A stretch of DNA of 64,000 nt from Maricaulis sp. GTDB taxonomy: Bacteria > Pseudomonadota > Alphaproteobacteria > Caulobacterales > Maricaulaceae. Made by a program: the position numbers and the translations under genes. Positions 8,175 through 17,725 of the stretch are shown here, piece after piece. The stretch is taken from assembly GCA_002692855.1 (NCBI GenBank), contig NZMJ01000046.1, forward strand, positions 45,838-109,837, in the 5' to 3' direction. How positions within the stretch are numbered: the stretch's first letter is position 1; every line of letters begins with the position of its first letter. Below the pieces are notes generated by a model. It saw only the letters and a list, made by a program, of their open reading frames with translations. It did not search any database and was not told where the DNA came from.

Positions 8175-9533
8175 CTAATTCCACGGCGTTAAGTCAAAGT
8201 TATCTTCCGGCACGTCGTTCAAGGGGTCGGAAGTTTCCACCGCCAGGTCGAGCGTATCCGCCGTGAGAAGGCCCATCGCCTGAAGCAGCGCAAGCCCTGC
8301 CACATAGGCGTCCCGCTCGGCCGAGACCAGGGTCAGGCGGGCGTTCAAAAGCTCCTGCTCGGCGTTCAGGACGTCGAGCGTGGTGCGCAATCCGACCTGG
8401 GCTTCCTGCTGCACACCGTCGAGTGCAATTTCATTGGCCCGCACGGCCTGGCGGCCTGATTCGATGACCGACTGCGCGGCCAGAAGCGCGTTATAGGCGT
8501 TTGAGACGTTTTCCAGCGTCAGCCGCCGCGCGACATAGACCTGCTGCCGGGCCGCGTCCGCATTATAGTTGGCAGCCCGCACGCGGGACCGGTTCAGCCC
8601 ACCGGTAAACAGTGGCATCGTGACCTGCGCCCCGATCGAGTAACGAGTCGATTCGTCACCAGTGAACGTGTTGTCATGGCTGCGCGATGCATTGCCGTTG
8701 AGTCCGATCGACGGCCCCATCGCGCCACGCGCCACGCGTACGGCAGCATCGGCTGCTTCTTCGGAAAACGCCGCTGCGCGCAATGTCGGGCTGAAATCAA
8801 GCGCGATCGATTCGGCGTCTTGTACCGTTTCAGGCAGCGACGGAAGCGACGGCGGCTCGCTCAGCGTCGCCGGTGCCTGGCCGACGATGCGCGCATAGGC
8901 GTTGCGGCTGGTCGCGAGCTGGGCCTGGGCCGCAGTCAGCTGCGAGCGCGCAGCCGAAAGCCGGGCTTCCGCCTGGGCAACGTCCGTGCGGGTGATCTCC
9001 CCGACTTCGAACCGGTCTTCTGCGGCGCGCAACTGGGCGTTCAGCACGTCGACATTGTTGCGGCGGATTTCCACGATGGTCGCATCCCGGCGAACATTCA
9101 TGAAGGACGAGGCCGCGTCCAGCAGCACGGATTGTTCGATCGCGCGCAGGTTTTCCAGCGAGGCAAGCGCGGCGGCCTGGGCCTGGTCGATGCCGCCGGA
9201 AATCTGGCCGCTGCGCCAGATCGCCTGCGTACCCGTGATGGAATAGGATTTTGGCGTCACATTGTTCGACTGATTGAAAAAGCCGCCTGACGAATCATTG
9301 GTCGTGTTGGCGATGCTGGCGCTCGCAGAGATCGACGGCAGCCATGCAGCCCGTGCCTGAACCACCGCCTCGCCAGAAGCGCGCACCCGCGCGCGCTCGG
9401 CCAGAAGGGTCGGATTGGTGCGGTAGGCCAGCGCCAGGGATTCCTCGAGCGTCTGCGCTCCCGCCAGACCGGTCATGCCACCGGCCATTGTCAGGGCCAT
9501 CGCCCCGGCCATGAAAAATGTCTTGAACGCCAT
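8175..9533 (-). CDS. TolC family outer membrane protein
   Basis: Signal peptide, QTLEESLALAYRTNP, RFEVGEITRTDVAQAEARL, VGLRTTLDVLNAEQEL. Confidence 0.93.
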   Translation of the reverse strand: MAFKTFFMAGAMALTMAGGMTGLAGAQTLEESLALAYRTNPTLLAERARVRASGEAVVQARAAWLPSISASASIANTTNDSSGGFFNQSNNVTPKSYSITGTQAIWRSGQISGGIDQAQAAALASLENLRAIEQSVLLDAASSFMNVRRDATIVEIRRNNVDVLNAQLRAAEDRFEVGEITRTDVAQAEARLSAARSQLTAAQAQLATSRNAYARIVGQAPATLSEPPSLPSLPETVQDAESIALDFSPTLRAAAFSEEAADAAVRVARGAMGPSIGLNGNASRSHDNTFTGDESTRYSIGAQVTMPLFTGGLNRSRVRAANYNADAARQQVYVARRLTLENVSNAYNALLAAQSVIESGRQAVRANEIALDGVQQEAQVGLRTTLDVLNAEQELLNARLTLVSAERDAYVAGLALLQAMGLLTADTLDLAVETSDPLNDVPEDNFDLTPWN

Positions 9534-9686
9534 CACTTGTGTCCGCCCGCTTGTCCATCCTGATCGCCGTTATCGCAGATTGCGCACGGCGACACACATT
9601 AAACGTCGGTGATATAGGGTTCCGTCGGTACGGAGTGAACACTGTTCACATAGAAACATGCTGGCAGGGATGTTTGCCGGCAAGCG

Positions 9687-10340
9687 CTAGAAGACGAATC
9701 CGGCTTCCCGTTCGAATCCCGGCAGGATGTGCGGCGTGCAATCGAAGATCACGCGCTCGCCGATCCCCAGACCCGAGCGATGGTAGAGCGTCGCCTTGCC
9801 GATCGGTCCTCGCCGCACGACCACGGCGAGGCGTCCGCCATCAGCCAGCTGGTCCAGCCACGCCCGCGGCACGTCCTCGACGGCACCGTTGACGAAAATG
9901 ACGTTGAACGGCCCTTGCGACTGGGATCCGGTTTTCAGGTCGCCCTGGATTACGGCCACATTGTCAGAACCGGTTTTCGACAGCGCGGTTTCCGATTTTT
10001 CGACCAGCCGGGCTTCCGATTCCATCGCCACCACGGTTTCGGCCATCCGGCCGAGAATCGCCGACGAGTAGCCCCGCCCGCAGGCCAGGTCGAGCACGAG
10101 GTCGCTCGGCTGCACGTCGGCGGCATGAACCAGCTTTGCGAAATCGCGCGGCCGCATCATCCAGCGGCCCGGCGCGAATTCCACTTCGACGTCGGCATAG
10201 GCCTGGGCGCGCTTGGCGCGGGGCATGAACAGCTCGCGCGGAACGCTTAGCAAGGCTTGCTGCAGCCGCCGGTTGGTCACATCCGCAATCCGGATTTGAC
10301 CGTCGACCATCATGCGGCGTTCCTGCTCGAATTGGCTCAC
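9687..10340 (-). CDS. pcm: Protein-L-isoaspartate O-methyltransferase family protein
   Basis: RRMMVDGQIR, VPRELF, VLDLACGRGYS, QLADGGRL; GTG start after GGAGG. Confidence 0.88.
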   Translation of the reverse strand: MSQFEQERRMMVDGQIRIADVTNRRLQQALLSVPRELFMPRAKRAQAYADVEVEFAPGRWMMRPRDFAKLVHAADVQPSDLVLDLACGRGYSSAILGRMAETVVAMESEARLVEKSETALSKTGSDNVAVIQGDLKTGSQSQGPFNVIFVNGAVEDVPRAWLDQLADGGRLAVVVRRGPIGKATLYHRSGLGIGERVIFDCTPHILPGFEREAGFVF

Positions 10341-10479
10341 GTGCGTTGCCCTCCGCGAAGTGTGTTGCTGGCGCTTGTATACCCTGCGGGAAGCGGCCCG
10401 CAACCTTCACGGCCTGCTCTGTGCGGGGGCGGATTGCCCCGGCGCACGCTGTCCGTTAGATATCGCGTCCCGCATCGGT

Positions 10480-10553
10480 GGCTCCGTGGCGGAGTGGTTA
10501 CGCAGAGGATTGCAAATCCTTGCACCCCGGTTCGATTCCGGGCGGAGCCTCCA
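10480..10553 (+). tRNA. tRNA-Cys (GCA)
   Basis: GGCTCCG/CGGAGCC acceptor stem, anticodon loop TTGCAAA, GGTTCGATTCC T-arm, CCA end. Confidence 0.97.
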
Positions 10554-10579
10554 ACCTTCCCTCTCAGGAAAATCCGCCT

Positions 10580-10936
10580 TTACGGCGCCGGCGATTCCCC
10601 GGCTTCGGCCGGTGTGACACCCGCCTTGCGAAGCTCGCCCGGCAGCTTGCCGGTAATCGCGCTCCACAGCATGCGGTAGTCGCTGATCAGCGACCACAAC
10701 GGGTGCGTGAAGGTCGCCGGCTTGTTGCGCTCCATGAAGGCATGGCTGATCCAGGCAAAGAAATATCCCGAGACCGGAACCAGGATCAGCGCCCACCAGG
10801 TTTGCGTCACCAGTGCCCAGATCAGCACGCCGATTGCCAGGATCGAGCCGATATAGTGGGAAATCCGGGTTTCCGGACGCGCGTGCTCGCGCAGGTAATG
10901 CGGCCAGAATTCAGCGTAATTCGCGAGTCTTGCCAT
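10580..10936 (-). CDS. DUF962/Mpo1-like membrane protein
   Basis: FWPHYLREH, HYIGS, GYFFAWISHAFMERNKPATFTHPLWSL. Confidence 0.85.
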   Translation of the reverse strand: MARLANYAEFWPHYLREHARPETRISHYIGSILAIGVLIWALVTQTWWALILVPVSGYFFAWISHAFMERNKPATFTHPLWSLISDYRMLWSAITGKLPGELRKAGVTPAEAGESPAP

Positions 10937-11007
10937 GGCTTTAGCCTCCCCTTCGGTAACCTTGCGTCAATCCGGGATGAATCCTTTTCGTGATTTCCCG
11001 ATCGTCG

Positions 11008-11041
11008 TTAACGCCATGTTTACCCTTAACGGGCAATTTAC
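11008..11041 (+). promoter_or_regulatory. Two tandem CtrA-like boxes
   Basis: TTAA-cgccatg-TTTAC (11008-11023) and TTAA-cgggcaa-TTTAC (11026-11041) versus consensus TTAA-N7-TTAAC. Confidence 0.6.
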
Positions 11042-11044
11042 ACC

Positions 11045-11120
11045 TGTCTTCTCGTGAAGACACCCCACCATCCACCCAATGCCTTTCCGGGGGCCCTTTT
11101 CAGGGTCCCCGTTTTTCTTT
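11045..11120 (+). ncRNA. Candidate small RNA
   Basis: 5' hairpin TGTCTTC-tcgt-GAAGACA, C-rich single-stranded linker, intrinsic terminator; no credible plus-strand gene upstream. Confidence 0.5.
11088..11120 (+). terminator. Rho-independent terminator
   Basis: 10-bp stem CGGGGGCCCT-tttc-AGGGTCCCCG followed by TTTTTCTTT. Confidence 0.8.
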
Positions 11121-11155
11121 GGGGTCTACCCTGCACACCAAGTGCGATTTGTGGC

Positions 11156-11185
11156 TTGCGAGCCCGAAACGGGGTCTGCTATAGC
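11156..11185 (+). promoter_or_regulatory. Putative sigma70 promoter of tRNA-Asn
   Basis: TTGCGA-N18-TATAGC (GCTATAG -10 context) about 40 nt upstream of the tRNA. Confidence 0.5.
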
Positions 11186-11226
11186 CCCCGCTCCCGTGCA
11201 GGCTTGCTTGCACAGGGAGACAGTGT

Positions 11227-11302
11227 TCCCCGGTAGCTCAGTTGGTAGAGCAATCGGCTGTTAACCGATTTGTCGCTGGTTCGAGTCCGGCCCGGGGAGC
11301 CA
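11227..11302 (+). tRNA. tRNA-Asn (GTT)
   Basis: TCCCCGG/CCGGGGA acceptor stem, AGCTCAGTTGGTAGAGC D-arm, loop CTGTTAA, GGTTCGAGTCC, CCA. Confidence 0.97.
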
Positions 11303-11361
11303 TTTTTACCAGCATCACCGAACGCTTCGATGCAGCGCGCCATGTCGCGGCGCATGCGTCC

Positions 11362-12492
11362 TCAGCCCGTGCGTCGAAACGCCTCCGGGCGATCTCCTGA
11401 AATCTGGCCGTCCCGCGCTGGCGCTGACCGGCATGTGGGCGGCGTCCGCAGCGAGAAAAAGAAATCGGTATCGCCGGGTCCGGGGCACCATGTGCGCAAT
11501 GCCGGCGACCGCAGGTCACCGTGACAGGGGATGTGGGCGCAGTGGCGTTCGAGATGCCAGCCCGCAGCCTTGAGCGCATCAGGATGGACCGCGTCCGGGT
11601 AATGCAGCCTCAACTTGGCGGCACGAGAGTCTCGTGTCAGTCGCAGGCAGTCATGCAACAGGGCAATTTGCGCGGCTCGTCCTGCTTCGCCGTCTGCCGC
11701 CATCCAGTCGATGACTTCGACCAGGTCGAGCCGGTCCGGTGCGGGCTTGGTCAGGGACAGCCCGGCCAGCGCCATGACCCGCCCGTCGCTCAGGCACACG
11801 CGGTAACCGATCCCGCCTGTCCGGTCAGGATCGCTCACCCGGTACTGCAACTGGTCGGATGAAACGGCGCGGGTCATTCTGCCGCTCCCGGTCAGCGCAG
11901 CAAAATCCGCACCGGCGGCCGCTGACAGCGGCACGATTTCGAAGGCCCTGGCTCGCCCGGTTGATTCGAAGTCCAGAAGTAGCGGACGTTCAAACCGCTC
12001 CGCTGCAGGATGACCGCCCGGCAGCTTTCCCAGCATCAGGCGCAAGGGATTCGTGATCCACTCGGTCCATCGGCACGCCGAACGCCCGAGCCAGGGTTCA
12101 AGTCCGATCCGCGGCAGAAGCGGTGCGGAGATCTTGTTGTTGTTGAGGGTCAGATAGGCGGCGACGCCGGGCTGCTCCCGCGCGTGGCGCATCAGCTTCA
12201 TCCCGGCATGCCGCCTCGGGCCGTGCAGGTCCGTGACCAGTGTATGCCCGGTGGCAAGGCGCAGGGTCTGCCCCTCGAACCGGTAGGGCATGATGAAATT
12301 GCCGACAAAGGCCAGAACACGGCCCTCGTGGAGATAGACCCAGCCGGGCGGTGTTTCGCCCTGGTCCGGATTGGCGAACAGCACCCACGCCCACCCTTGC
12401 TCCGTACGGTCAGGGAAACCGCACTGCCTCACCAGGCGCGAGACGTCCGGCAGGTCGCCTGCGTCAACGATCCGGATCTCGTCTCGAGACAT
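11362..12492 (-). CDS. Hypothetical protein, possible tandem GNAT-fold acyltransferase
   Basis: 376-aa ORF with GGAG RBS; WAWVLFANP...GWVYLHEGRVLAFVG...LVTD...GMKLMR pattern resembles GNAT_6/FemAB-like proteins. Confidence 0.55.
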   Translation of the reverse strand: MSRDEIRIVDAGDLPDVSRLVRQCGFPDRTEQGWAWVLFANPDQGETPPGWVYLHEGRVLAFVGNFIMPYRFEGQTLRLATGHTLVTDLHGPRRHAGMKLMRHAREQPGVAAYLTLNNNKISAPLLPRIGLEPWLGRSACRWTEWITNPLRLMLGKLPGGHPAAERFERPLLLDFESTGRARAFEIVPLSAAAGADFAALTGSGRMTRAVSSDQLQYRVSDPDRTGGIGYRVCLSDGRVMALAGLSLTKPAPDRLDLVEVIDWMAADGEAGRAAQIALLHDCLRLTRDSRAAKLRLHYPDAVHPDALKAAGWHLERHCAHIPCHGDLRSPALRTWCPGPGDTDFFFSLRTPPTCRSAPARDGQISGDRPEAFRRTG

Positions 12493-12533
12493 CGCGCACT
12501 CCTCAACGGAGCGCGACGCTATCTTTGATTGTA

Positions 12534-13607
12534 TTAAATTCTGATTACACGCTTGGCTTCAATCAGGACCCGCTCGGCCAGTTGCTCGATCGCGTCTGCA
12601 TCCAGCCGATCCGCATCAACGTTCGCCGCAAGCGGTTGATCGTGGCGCGCCCTCGCCCGGTCATAGGCCGGGTCATAGTGAGAGCGGATCAGCGCGACCG
12701 CCAGCGGCTCGAACGCACCCGCCTCGGCCCACATGCGCCACTGGTCGACATCTGCGCGCGGATGAAACTGTGCCAATCCGTCTATGGCCGCCTGCAGGCG
12801 GGGACCATTGGCCGCGATATCGGGATAGGTGGCGAGCAGATGCCGGGCCCGCACCTCGGCCGGCAGACTCAAAGCAATGGTCGGCGCGGCCTTCATCGAA
12901 TTCCACACCCGGACGGGGATCGTCCGATTGCCGAGCCGGGAGGATTCTGCCTCGACAAAAACGGGGACAGACGGGTCAAAATTTCGGAGCGACTCCCACA
13001 ACAGCGACTCGAATCGTTTCTGGCTGGGTTGAAGAAGATCGGGATGATCACCGAAGATCGAACCGCGATGCGCGGCCAGATCCTCCAGATCGAGCACTTG
13101 CGCGCCCTTTTTCTCGATCGCCTGAAGCACTTGTGTTTTCGCGCTGCCCGTCTGGCCGTCCAGCACGATCATCTGGAAAAGATCGTGATCATCGTTCGAT
13201 AATGCGGCTGTCACTTCCTTGCGCCACAGGCGATATCCCCCTTTGACGACGCTCGACTGCCAGCCGACATCCTGGAGGACAAGCGCCATCGATCGCGAGC
13301 GCATGCCCCCGCGCCAGCAATAGATCAGCGGGCGGACATCACGGGGATAGTCCTTCAGCGCCCCGTCAAGGTGCCGGGCGATGTTTCGCGATACTTTCGC
13401 CGCTCCCAGGCGGCGTGCCTCAAAGGTTGAAACCTGCTTGTAGATCGTGCCGATTTCGGCTCTTTCCGCATCGTCGAGCACCGGCAGATTGATCGCTCCG
13501 GGCAGATGGTCTTCGGCGTATTCGCCCGGCGAGCGCACATCTATGATGACGCTGAATTGCGCAAGTGCTTGCGGTGACAGGTTTTCGGTGTGCTGGTAAG
13601 CCCCCAT
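12534..13607 (-). CDS. mnmH: tRNA 2-selenouridine(34) synthase
   Basis: Rhodanese domain IDVRSPGEY...YCWRGGMRS and P-loop GQTGSAKT, LDLEDLAAHRGS. Confidence 0.95.
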   Translation of the reverse strand: MGAYQHTENLSPQALAQFSVIIDVRSPGEYAEDHLPGAINLPVLDDAERAEIGTIYKQVSTFEARRLGAAKVSRNIARHLDGALKDYPRDVRPLIYCWRGGMRSRSMALVLQDVGWQSSVVKGGYRLWRKEVTAALSNDDHDLFQMIVLDGQTGSAKTQVLQAIEKKGAQVLDLEDLAAHRGSIFGDHPDLLQPSQKRFESLLWESLRNFDPSVPVFVEAESSRLGNRTIPVRVWNSMKAAPTIALSLPAEVRARHLLATYPDIAANGPRLQAAIDGLAQFHPRADVDQWRMWAEAGAFEPLAVALIRSHYDPAYDRARARHDQPLAANVDADRLDADAIEQLAERVLIEAKRVIRI

Positions 13608-13662
13608 GCGGGCCTTGTATCAAACCCCGCCTTCCTCGTCGCGCCCGGCCAACGGTGATCCC

Positions 13663-14718
13663 ATGACTGATGCCCTGTCCCCGCCCCGACTGACCTCGCT
13701 CGCCCGCGGCGGCGGCTGCGGGTGCAAGCTCGATCCGGCGGTTCTCGACGGTTTGCTGGCGGGTTCACCCGCGGCTGGACTTGTCCCCGCAAATCTCGTC
13801 GTGGACGCCGCGACCCGTGATGACGCCGCAGTCTGGATTATCAACGCCGAAACCGCCCTGGTTGCCACCACGGACTTCTTCGCACCGGTCGTCGATGACC
13901 CGTTCGAGTTTGGCCGGATCGCCGCAACCAATGCGCTCTCGGACGTCTATGCGATGGGCGCGTCGCCGATCTTCTGCCTCGCCCTGCTCGGCATGCCGGT
14001 CGATCAAATCCCCGCCGACCAGATCCGGCGTATTCTCGAAGGCGGAAAAAGCGTGGCGGAAAACGCCGGCGCACCGATTGCCGGTGGTCATTCCATCGAC
14101 AGCGCCGAACCCTTCTACGGGCTCGTCGCACTGGGTCTGGCCCACCCGGACCGGATCCGGACCAATGCGATGGCGAAACCGGGAGATATCCTCGTCCTGG
14201 GCAAGCCGCTCGGCATCGGTGTCTATTCCGCCGCCATGAAGCGCGAAATGCTTTGCGATAGCGATTACAAGGAGATGATCGCTTCCACGACCCGGCTGAA
14301 CACGCCGGGTCCGGACCTCGCCGCGCTGGACGGCGTACGCGCTATCACCGATGTCACCGGCTTTGGCTTGCTGGGGCACCTGAAGGAAATCTGCGCGGCC
14401 AGCGGCGTTAGCGCCGAAATCGATGCGCGCAACCTGCCGGTCTTCGACGGGGCGCGGAAGCTGGCAGAAAAGGGCGTGAAAACAGGCGCTTCGGGCCGAA
14501 ACTGGAAGGCGGTGTCGGGCTTCGTCACCCTTCCCGATGGCCTGTCTGATCCCGACCGCGACCTGCTGACCGACCCGCAAACCAGCGGCGGGCTGCTGGT
14601 GTCAGTTCGCCCCGATGCCGTCGACGTAGTCCTCGAAATCTTCAACCGCCACGGCCATGACCAGGCATGCGCAATTGGAACCGTCGCAAGCGGGACACCC
14701 GGAATTGCCGTTCGCTAG
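13663..14718 (+). CDS. selD: Selenide, water dikinase (Cys-type)
   Basis: RLTSLARGGGCGCKL, TTDFF, FGRIAATNALSDVYAMG, GGHSI, TDVTGFGLLGHL, DPQTSGGLL. Confidence 0.96.
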   Translation: MTDALSPPRLTSLARGGGCGCKLDPAVLDGLLAGSPAAGLVPANLVVDAATRDDAAVWIINAETALVATTDFFAPVVDDPFEFGRIAATNALSDVYAMGASPIFCLALLGMPVDQIPADQIRRILEGGKSVAENAGAPIAGGHSIDSAEPFYGLVALGLAHPDRIRTNAMAKPGDILVLGKPLGIGVYSAAMKREMLCDSDYKEMIASTTRLNTPGPDLAALDGVRAITDVTGFGLLGHLKEICAASGVSAEIDARNLPVFDGARKLAEKGVKTGASGRNWKAVSGFVTLPDGLSDPDRDLLTDPQTSGGLLVSVRPDAVDVVLEIFNRHGHDQACAIGTVASGTPGIAVR

Positions 14719-14719
14719 C

Positions 14720-16594
14720 TTACAATTTCCGGCCATCGGACGACGACGATCCGGCCACCGTCAGATCGGATGCGCTGACCACAGACGGGCTGGAATACCG
14801 GTCCCCGGCCTCGATCTGGCGCTTCCACATGCCGGCATAGAGCCCGCCTTGCCCCAGCAATTCGCCGTGAGTGCCCGCCTCGGCGATGCGCCCCTTGTCC
14901 ATGACAAGGATGCGATCTGCTCCGGCAATCGTCGAAAGGCGGTGGGCAACGGCAATCGTGGTCCGGCCCTTCGCCGCTTCATTGAGGGCGAGCTGAACCT
15001 CGCGCTCGGTTTCGGAATCGAGTGCGGACGTGGCTTCATCAAGGACCAGTATCGCCGGGTTTTTCAGCACGGCCCGCGCGACGCCGACGCGTTGCTTCTC
15101 GCCGCCTGACAGCTTCAGGCCGCGCTCGCCCACCATCGTGTCGAGCCCGTCGGGAAGCTCGCGCACGAAGGCGCCCAGATGCGCCCGGTCGAGCGCGTCC
15201 CACACATCGGCCTCGCTGGCGTCAGGGTGCCCGTAGAGCACGTTCATGCGCAGCGTGTCGTTGAACAGGACCACTTCCTGCGGGACGAGGCCCAACACCT
15301 CGCGAAGCGAGTCCTGGGCAACCGAGCGCAGGTCCTGGTGGTCGATCCGGATCGCGCCCCGGGACGGGTCGTAGAAGCGGAACAGCAGTTTCAGGATCGT
15401 CGACTTCCCGGCCCCTGAAGGCCCGCAAATACCCACGAAGCTGCCCGCAAGGATCTCGAAGCTGACACCATCGACCGACCGGTCGCGTCCGGCGTGACTG
15501 AAATGGACGTTGTCGAAGCTGACCGCACCCCCTGAAACGTCCAGCGGCTTCGCATCCCCGGCATCCGCGACCTCGGGCTGCAGCGCCAGCGTGTCGTAGA
15601 GCCGCTCCATGTCGACCGCGGACTGTTTGATCTCGCGGTAGGCCCAGCCCAGTATGTTCAGCGGCTGGTAGATATTCATCAGGATCAGCGTGACCGCCGC
15701 GACATCGCCGGCACCCAGAACGCCGTTCCACGCCTTCCAGCCCGCCATCAATGCCATCGCAAGAAGGCCCAGATTCATCACCAGAGCCTGCAAGCCGTTC
15801 AGCAGCGCCAGCGAACTCTGCGACTTCGCTGCGGCATTGGCATAGCGCTGCATCGACGCGTTGTAGCGCCCGGTTTCGCGTGCCTCGGCACCGAAACTTT
15901 TCACCGTCTCGAAATTCATCAACGCATCGACGGCGCGCGCGCTGGCCTCGTTGTCGGCATCGTTCATTTCACGGCGCAGCCGCACTCGCCACTCCGTAAC
16001 CGAGAAGGTCGCGCCGGCATAGGCCGCCACCGTGAACACCGCGATGACCGGGAATTCCCAGCCATAGGCGACACCCATCACCGCCGCAGCGAGCAGCAGC
16101 TCGATGAGCGTCGGGCCGATGTTGAAGACCAGGAATCTCAGCAGGAAATCGACGGCCCGGGCACCGCGTTCGATGATGCGGTTCAGCGCACCGGTACGTT
16201 TGGTCTGGTGAAAATTGAGCGACAGCCGCTGGACATGGCCGAAGGTCTGCACCGCGACTAGGCGCTGCGCGTCCTGGCTGACGGGCGCGAAGATCGCATC
16301 GCGCCATTGCGGCGCGCCAACGCTGGCAAAGCGCGCGCCGGCATAGAGCAGGAATGCAAGGATGAACGCCCCTGCGGTCACACCCGCGGCGCGCTCGGTA
16401 ATCGCGTTCACGCCCGCCCCGAACGCAACCGGCGCGCCGACCGCGAAGAATTTCGATGCGATGGTCAGGACAAGGGCGACTGCCATGCGCGGTCGCCATC
16501 GCGCCATTTCCGGCGAGGCGAGCAGTGACAGGAGTCGGGACATGGCGGACCCCAGCCCGCCATTGGCGCTCGGCGCCGCTTCGATATCAGACAT
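14720..16594 (-). CDS. ABCB-type (Atm1/HMT-like) ABC transporter, fused permease/ATPase
   Basis: TM domain, GPSGAGKST, VGERGLKLSGGEKQRV, LDEATSALD, AHRLST. Confidence 0.92.
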   Translation of the reverse strand: MSDIEAAPSANGGLGSAMSRLLSLLASPEMARWRPRMAVALVLTIASKFFAVGAPVAFGAGVNAITERAAGVTAGAFILAFLLYAGARFASVGAPQWRDAIFAPVSQDAQRLVAVQTFGHVQRLSLNFHQTKRTGALNRIIERGARAVDFLLRFLVFNIGPTLIELLLAAAVMGVAYGWEFPVIAVFTVAAYAGATFSVTEWRVRLRREMNDADNEASARAVDALMNFETVKSFGAEARETGRYNASMQRYANAAAKSQSSLALLNGLQALVMNLGLLAMALMAGWKAWNGVLGAGDVAAVTLILMNIYQPLNILGWAYREIKQSAVDMERLYDTLALQPEVADAGDAKPLDVSGGAVSFDNVHFSHAGRDRSVDGVSFEILAGSFVGICGPSGAGKSTILKLLFRFYDPSRGAIRIDHQDLRSVAQDSLREVLGLVPQEVVLFNDTLRMNVLYGHPDASEADVWDALDRAHLGAFVRELPDGLDTMVGERGLKLSGGEKQRVGVARAVLKNPAILVLDEATSALDSETEREVQLALNEAAKGRTTIAVAHRLSTIAGADRILVMDKGRIAEAGTHGELLGQGGLYAGMWKRQIEAGDRYSSPSVVSASDLTVAGSSSSDGRKL

Positions 16595-16632
16595 TGTCGG
16601 TCAGATAGGGCGCGCGGACGCCGCTTGCCAGA

Positions 16633-17613
16633 TCACTCTTCGATTTCACCGTCACCTTGCGGCGGCGTACGGAACACCTGGCCGGGATAGATCACGTCGG
16701 GATCACGGATCTGGTCGGCATTGGCAGAATAGATCACCGTGTACTGGATGCCCTCGCCATAGATGCGCCGAGCGATCCGCCAAAGGCTGTTGCCCGGCTG
16801 GACGATGATGCTGTCCCCCCCGAGGTCCAGCGCCTCGGGCGCGACCCGCTCGAACGGCAGCACGATGACCGCCGCGACCCGCCCGTCCGGGCTGATCATG
16901 TCGACCTGAAGGTCGTAGATGCCGGGTGCCAGCGTTTCGCCTGCACGAACGGTCCACCGCCCGTCGGCGCCGACAGCCGTATCCCCGATAGTCGCGCCAT
17001 TGGCGAGCACCCGGACGCGCGAGCCGGGTTCGGCACGGCCCGCGAAAATCACGCCGCCGGCTTCGTCATAGTCGACGGTTTCAAGCGACAGGGGGCCGGT
17101 TTCCAGTCCTTCGAACGGACCTTGCAGCACGCGGCTGGCCTCTCCGGGGCGGCCCAGAACCACCAGCGGCGTTTCGGCCCGCGATTCGGGGATCGACACG
17201 ACGACGATCTGTTCGGAGCGGATTTCCTGTCCGGACGGCGTCTGCATCAACAAGCCAAGCTCGACCGATCCGGCCGGTAGCGGGTCGTCGACGATCAGCA
17301 CCCACTCACCGCGCTCATCGACTTCGAGCTCGGCGATGGAGTTGCCATCGACCAGGACCGACACGGTCGCTCCGGGCTCGCCGCGTCCGGCAATCACGGC
17401 CGTACCCCGCGGATCGACCCGCACCACGTCGAAGCTGGGCGGCGCGATGACGGCGACCTCGTCCCCTGCATTGGCCGAGGTCTGCGACGGGTTGGCCTCG
17501 CCATTGCGCGCCGGATCATCGGACGGAACCCGCGTCAGAACGAATACCGTCGCCACACCAGCGGCCAATGTGCCAAGGGCGGCTGCAATGATGATCGACC
17601 GTGTGGCAGACAT
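16633..17613 (-). CDS. LysM peptidoglycan-binding protein with Ig-like domains
   Basis: N-terminal TM, PSFDVVRVDPRGTAVIAGR, C-terminal VQPGNSLWRIARRIYGEG...IRDPDVIYPGQVF. Confidence 0.88.
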   Translation of the reverse strand: MSATRSIIIAAALGTLAAGVATVFVLTRVPSDDPARNGEANPSQTSANAGDEVAVIAPPSFDVVRVDPRGTAVIAGRGEPGATVSVLVDGNSIAELEVDERGEWVLIVDDPLPAGSVELGLLMQTPSGQEIRSEQIVVVSIPESRAETPLVVLGRPGEASRVLQGPFEGLETGPLSLETVDYDEAGGVIFAGRAEPGSRVRVLANGATIGDTAVGADGRWTVRAGETLAPGIYDLQVDMISPDGRVAAVIVLPFERVAPEALDLGGDSIIVQPGNSLWRIARRIYGEGIQYTVIYSANADQIRDPDVIYPGQVFRTPPQGDGEIEE

Positions 17614-17725
17614 TCGGGCCTCCTTCCGGGCATCGCCGGAGACGCAACTGATGAAGCGTATTTTCCATCGGGAAGCTTCACCCGATAGAGTGATGACGCA
17701 ACACAATATGTAAGAGCAGGGTGAA

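Noticed and set aside
10257-11579. ORFs overlapping tRNA-Cys, tRNA-Asn and the candidate sRNA (e.g. 10478-10993, 10990-11184, 11238-11579)
   Set aside because: They run through structural RNAs or a terminator and lack an RBS or motifs
13663-13730. Possible selenocysteine (UGA) recoding in selD
   Set aside because: The active-site codons are TGC (GGGCGCK) and there is no in-frame TGA
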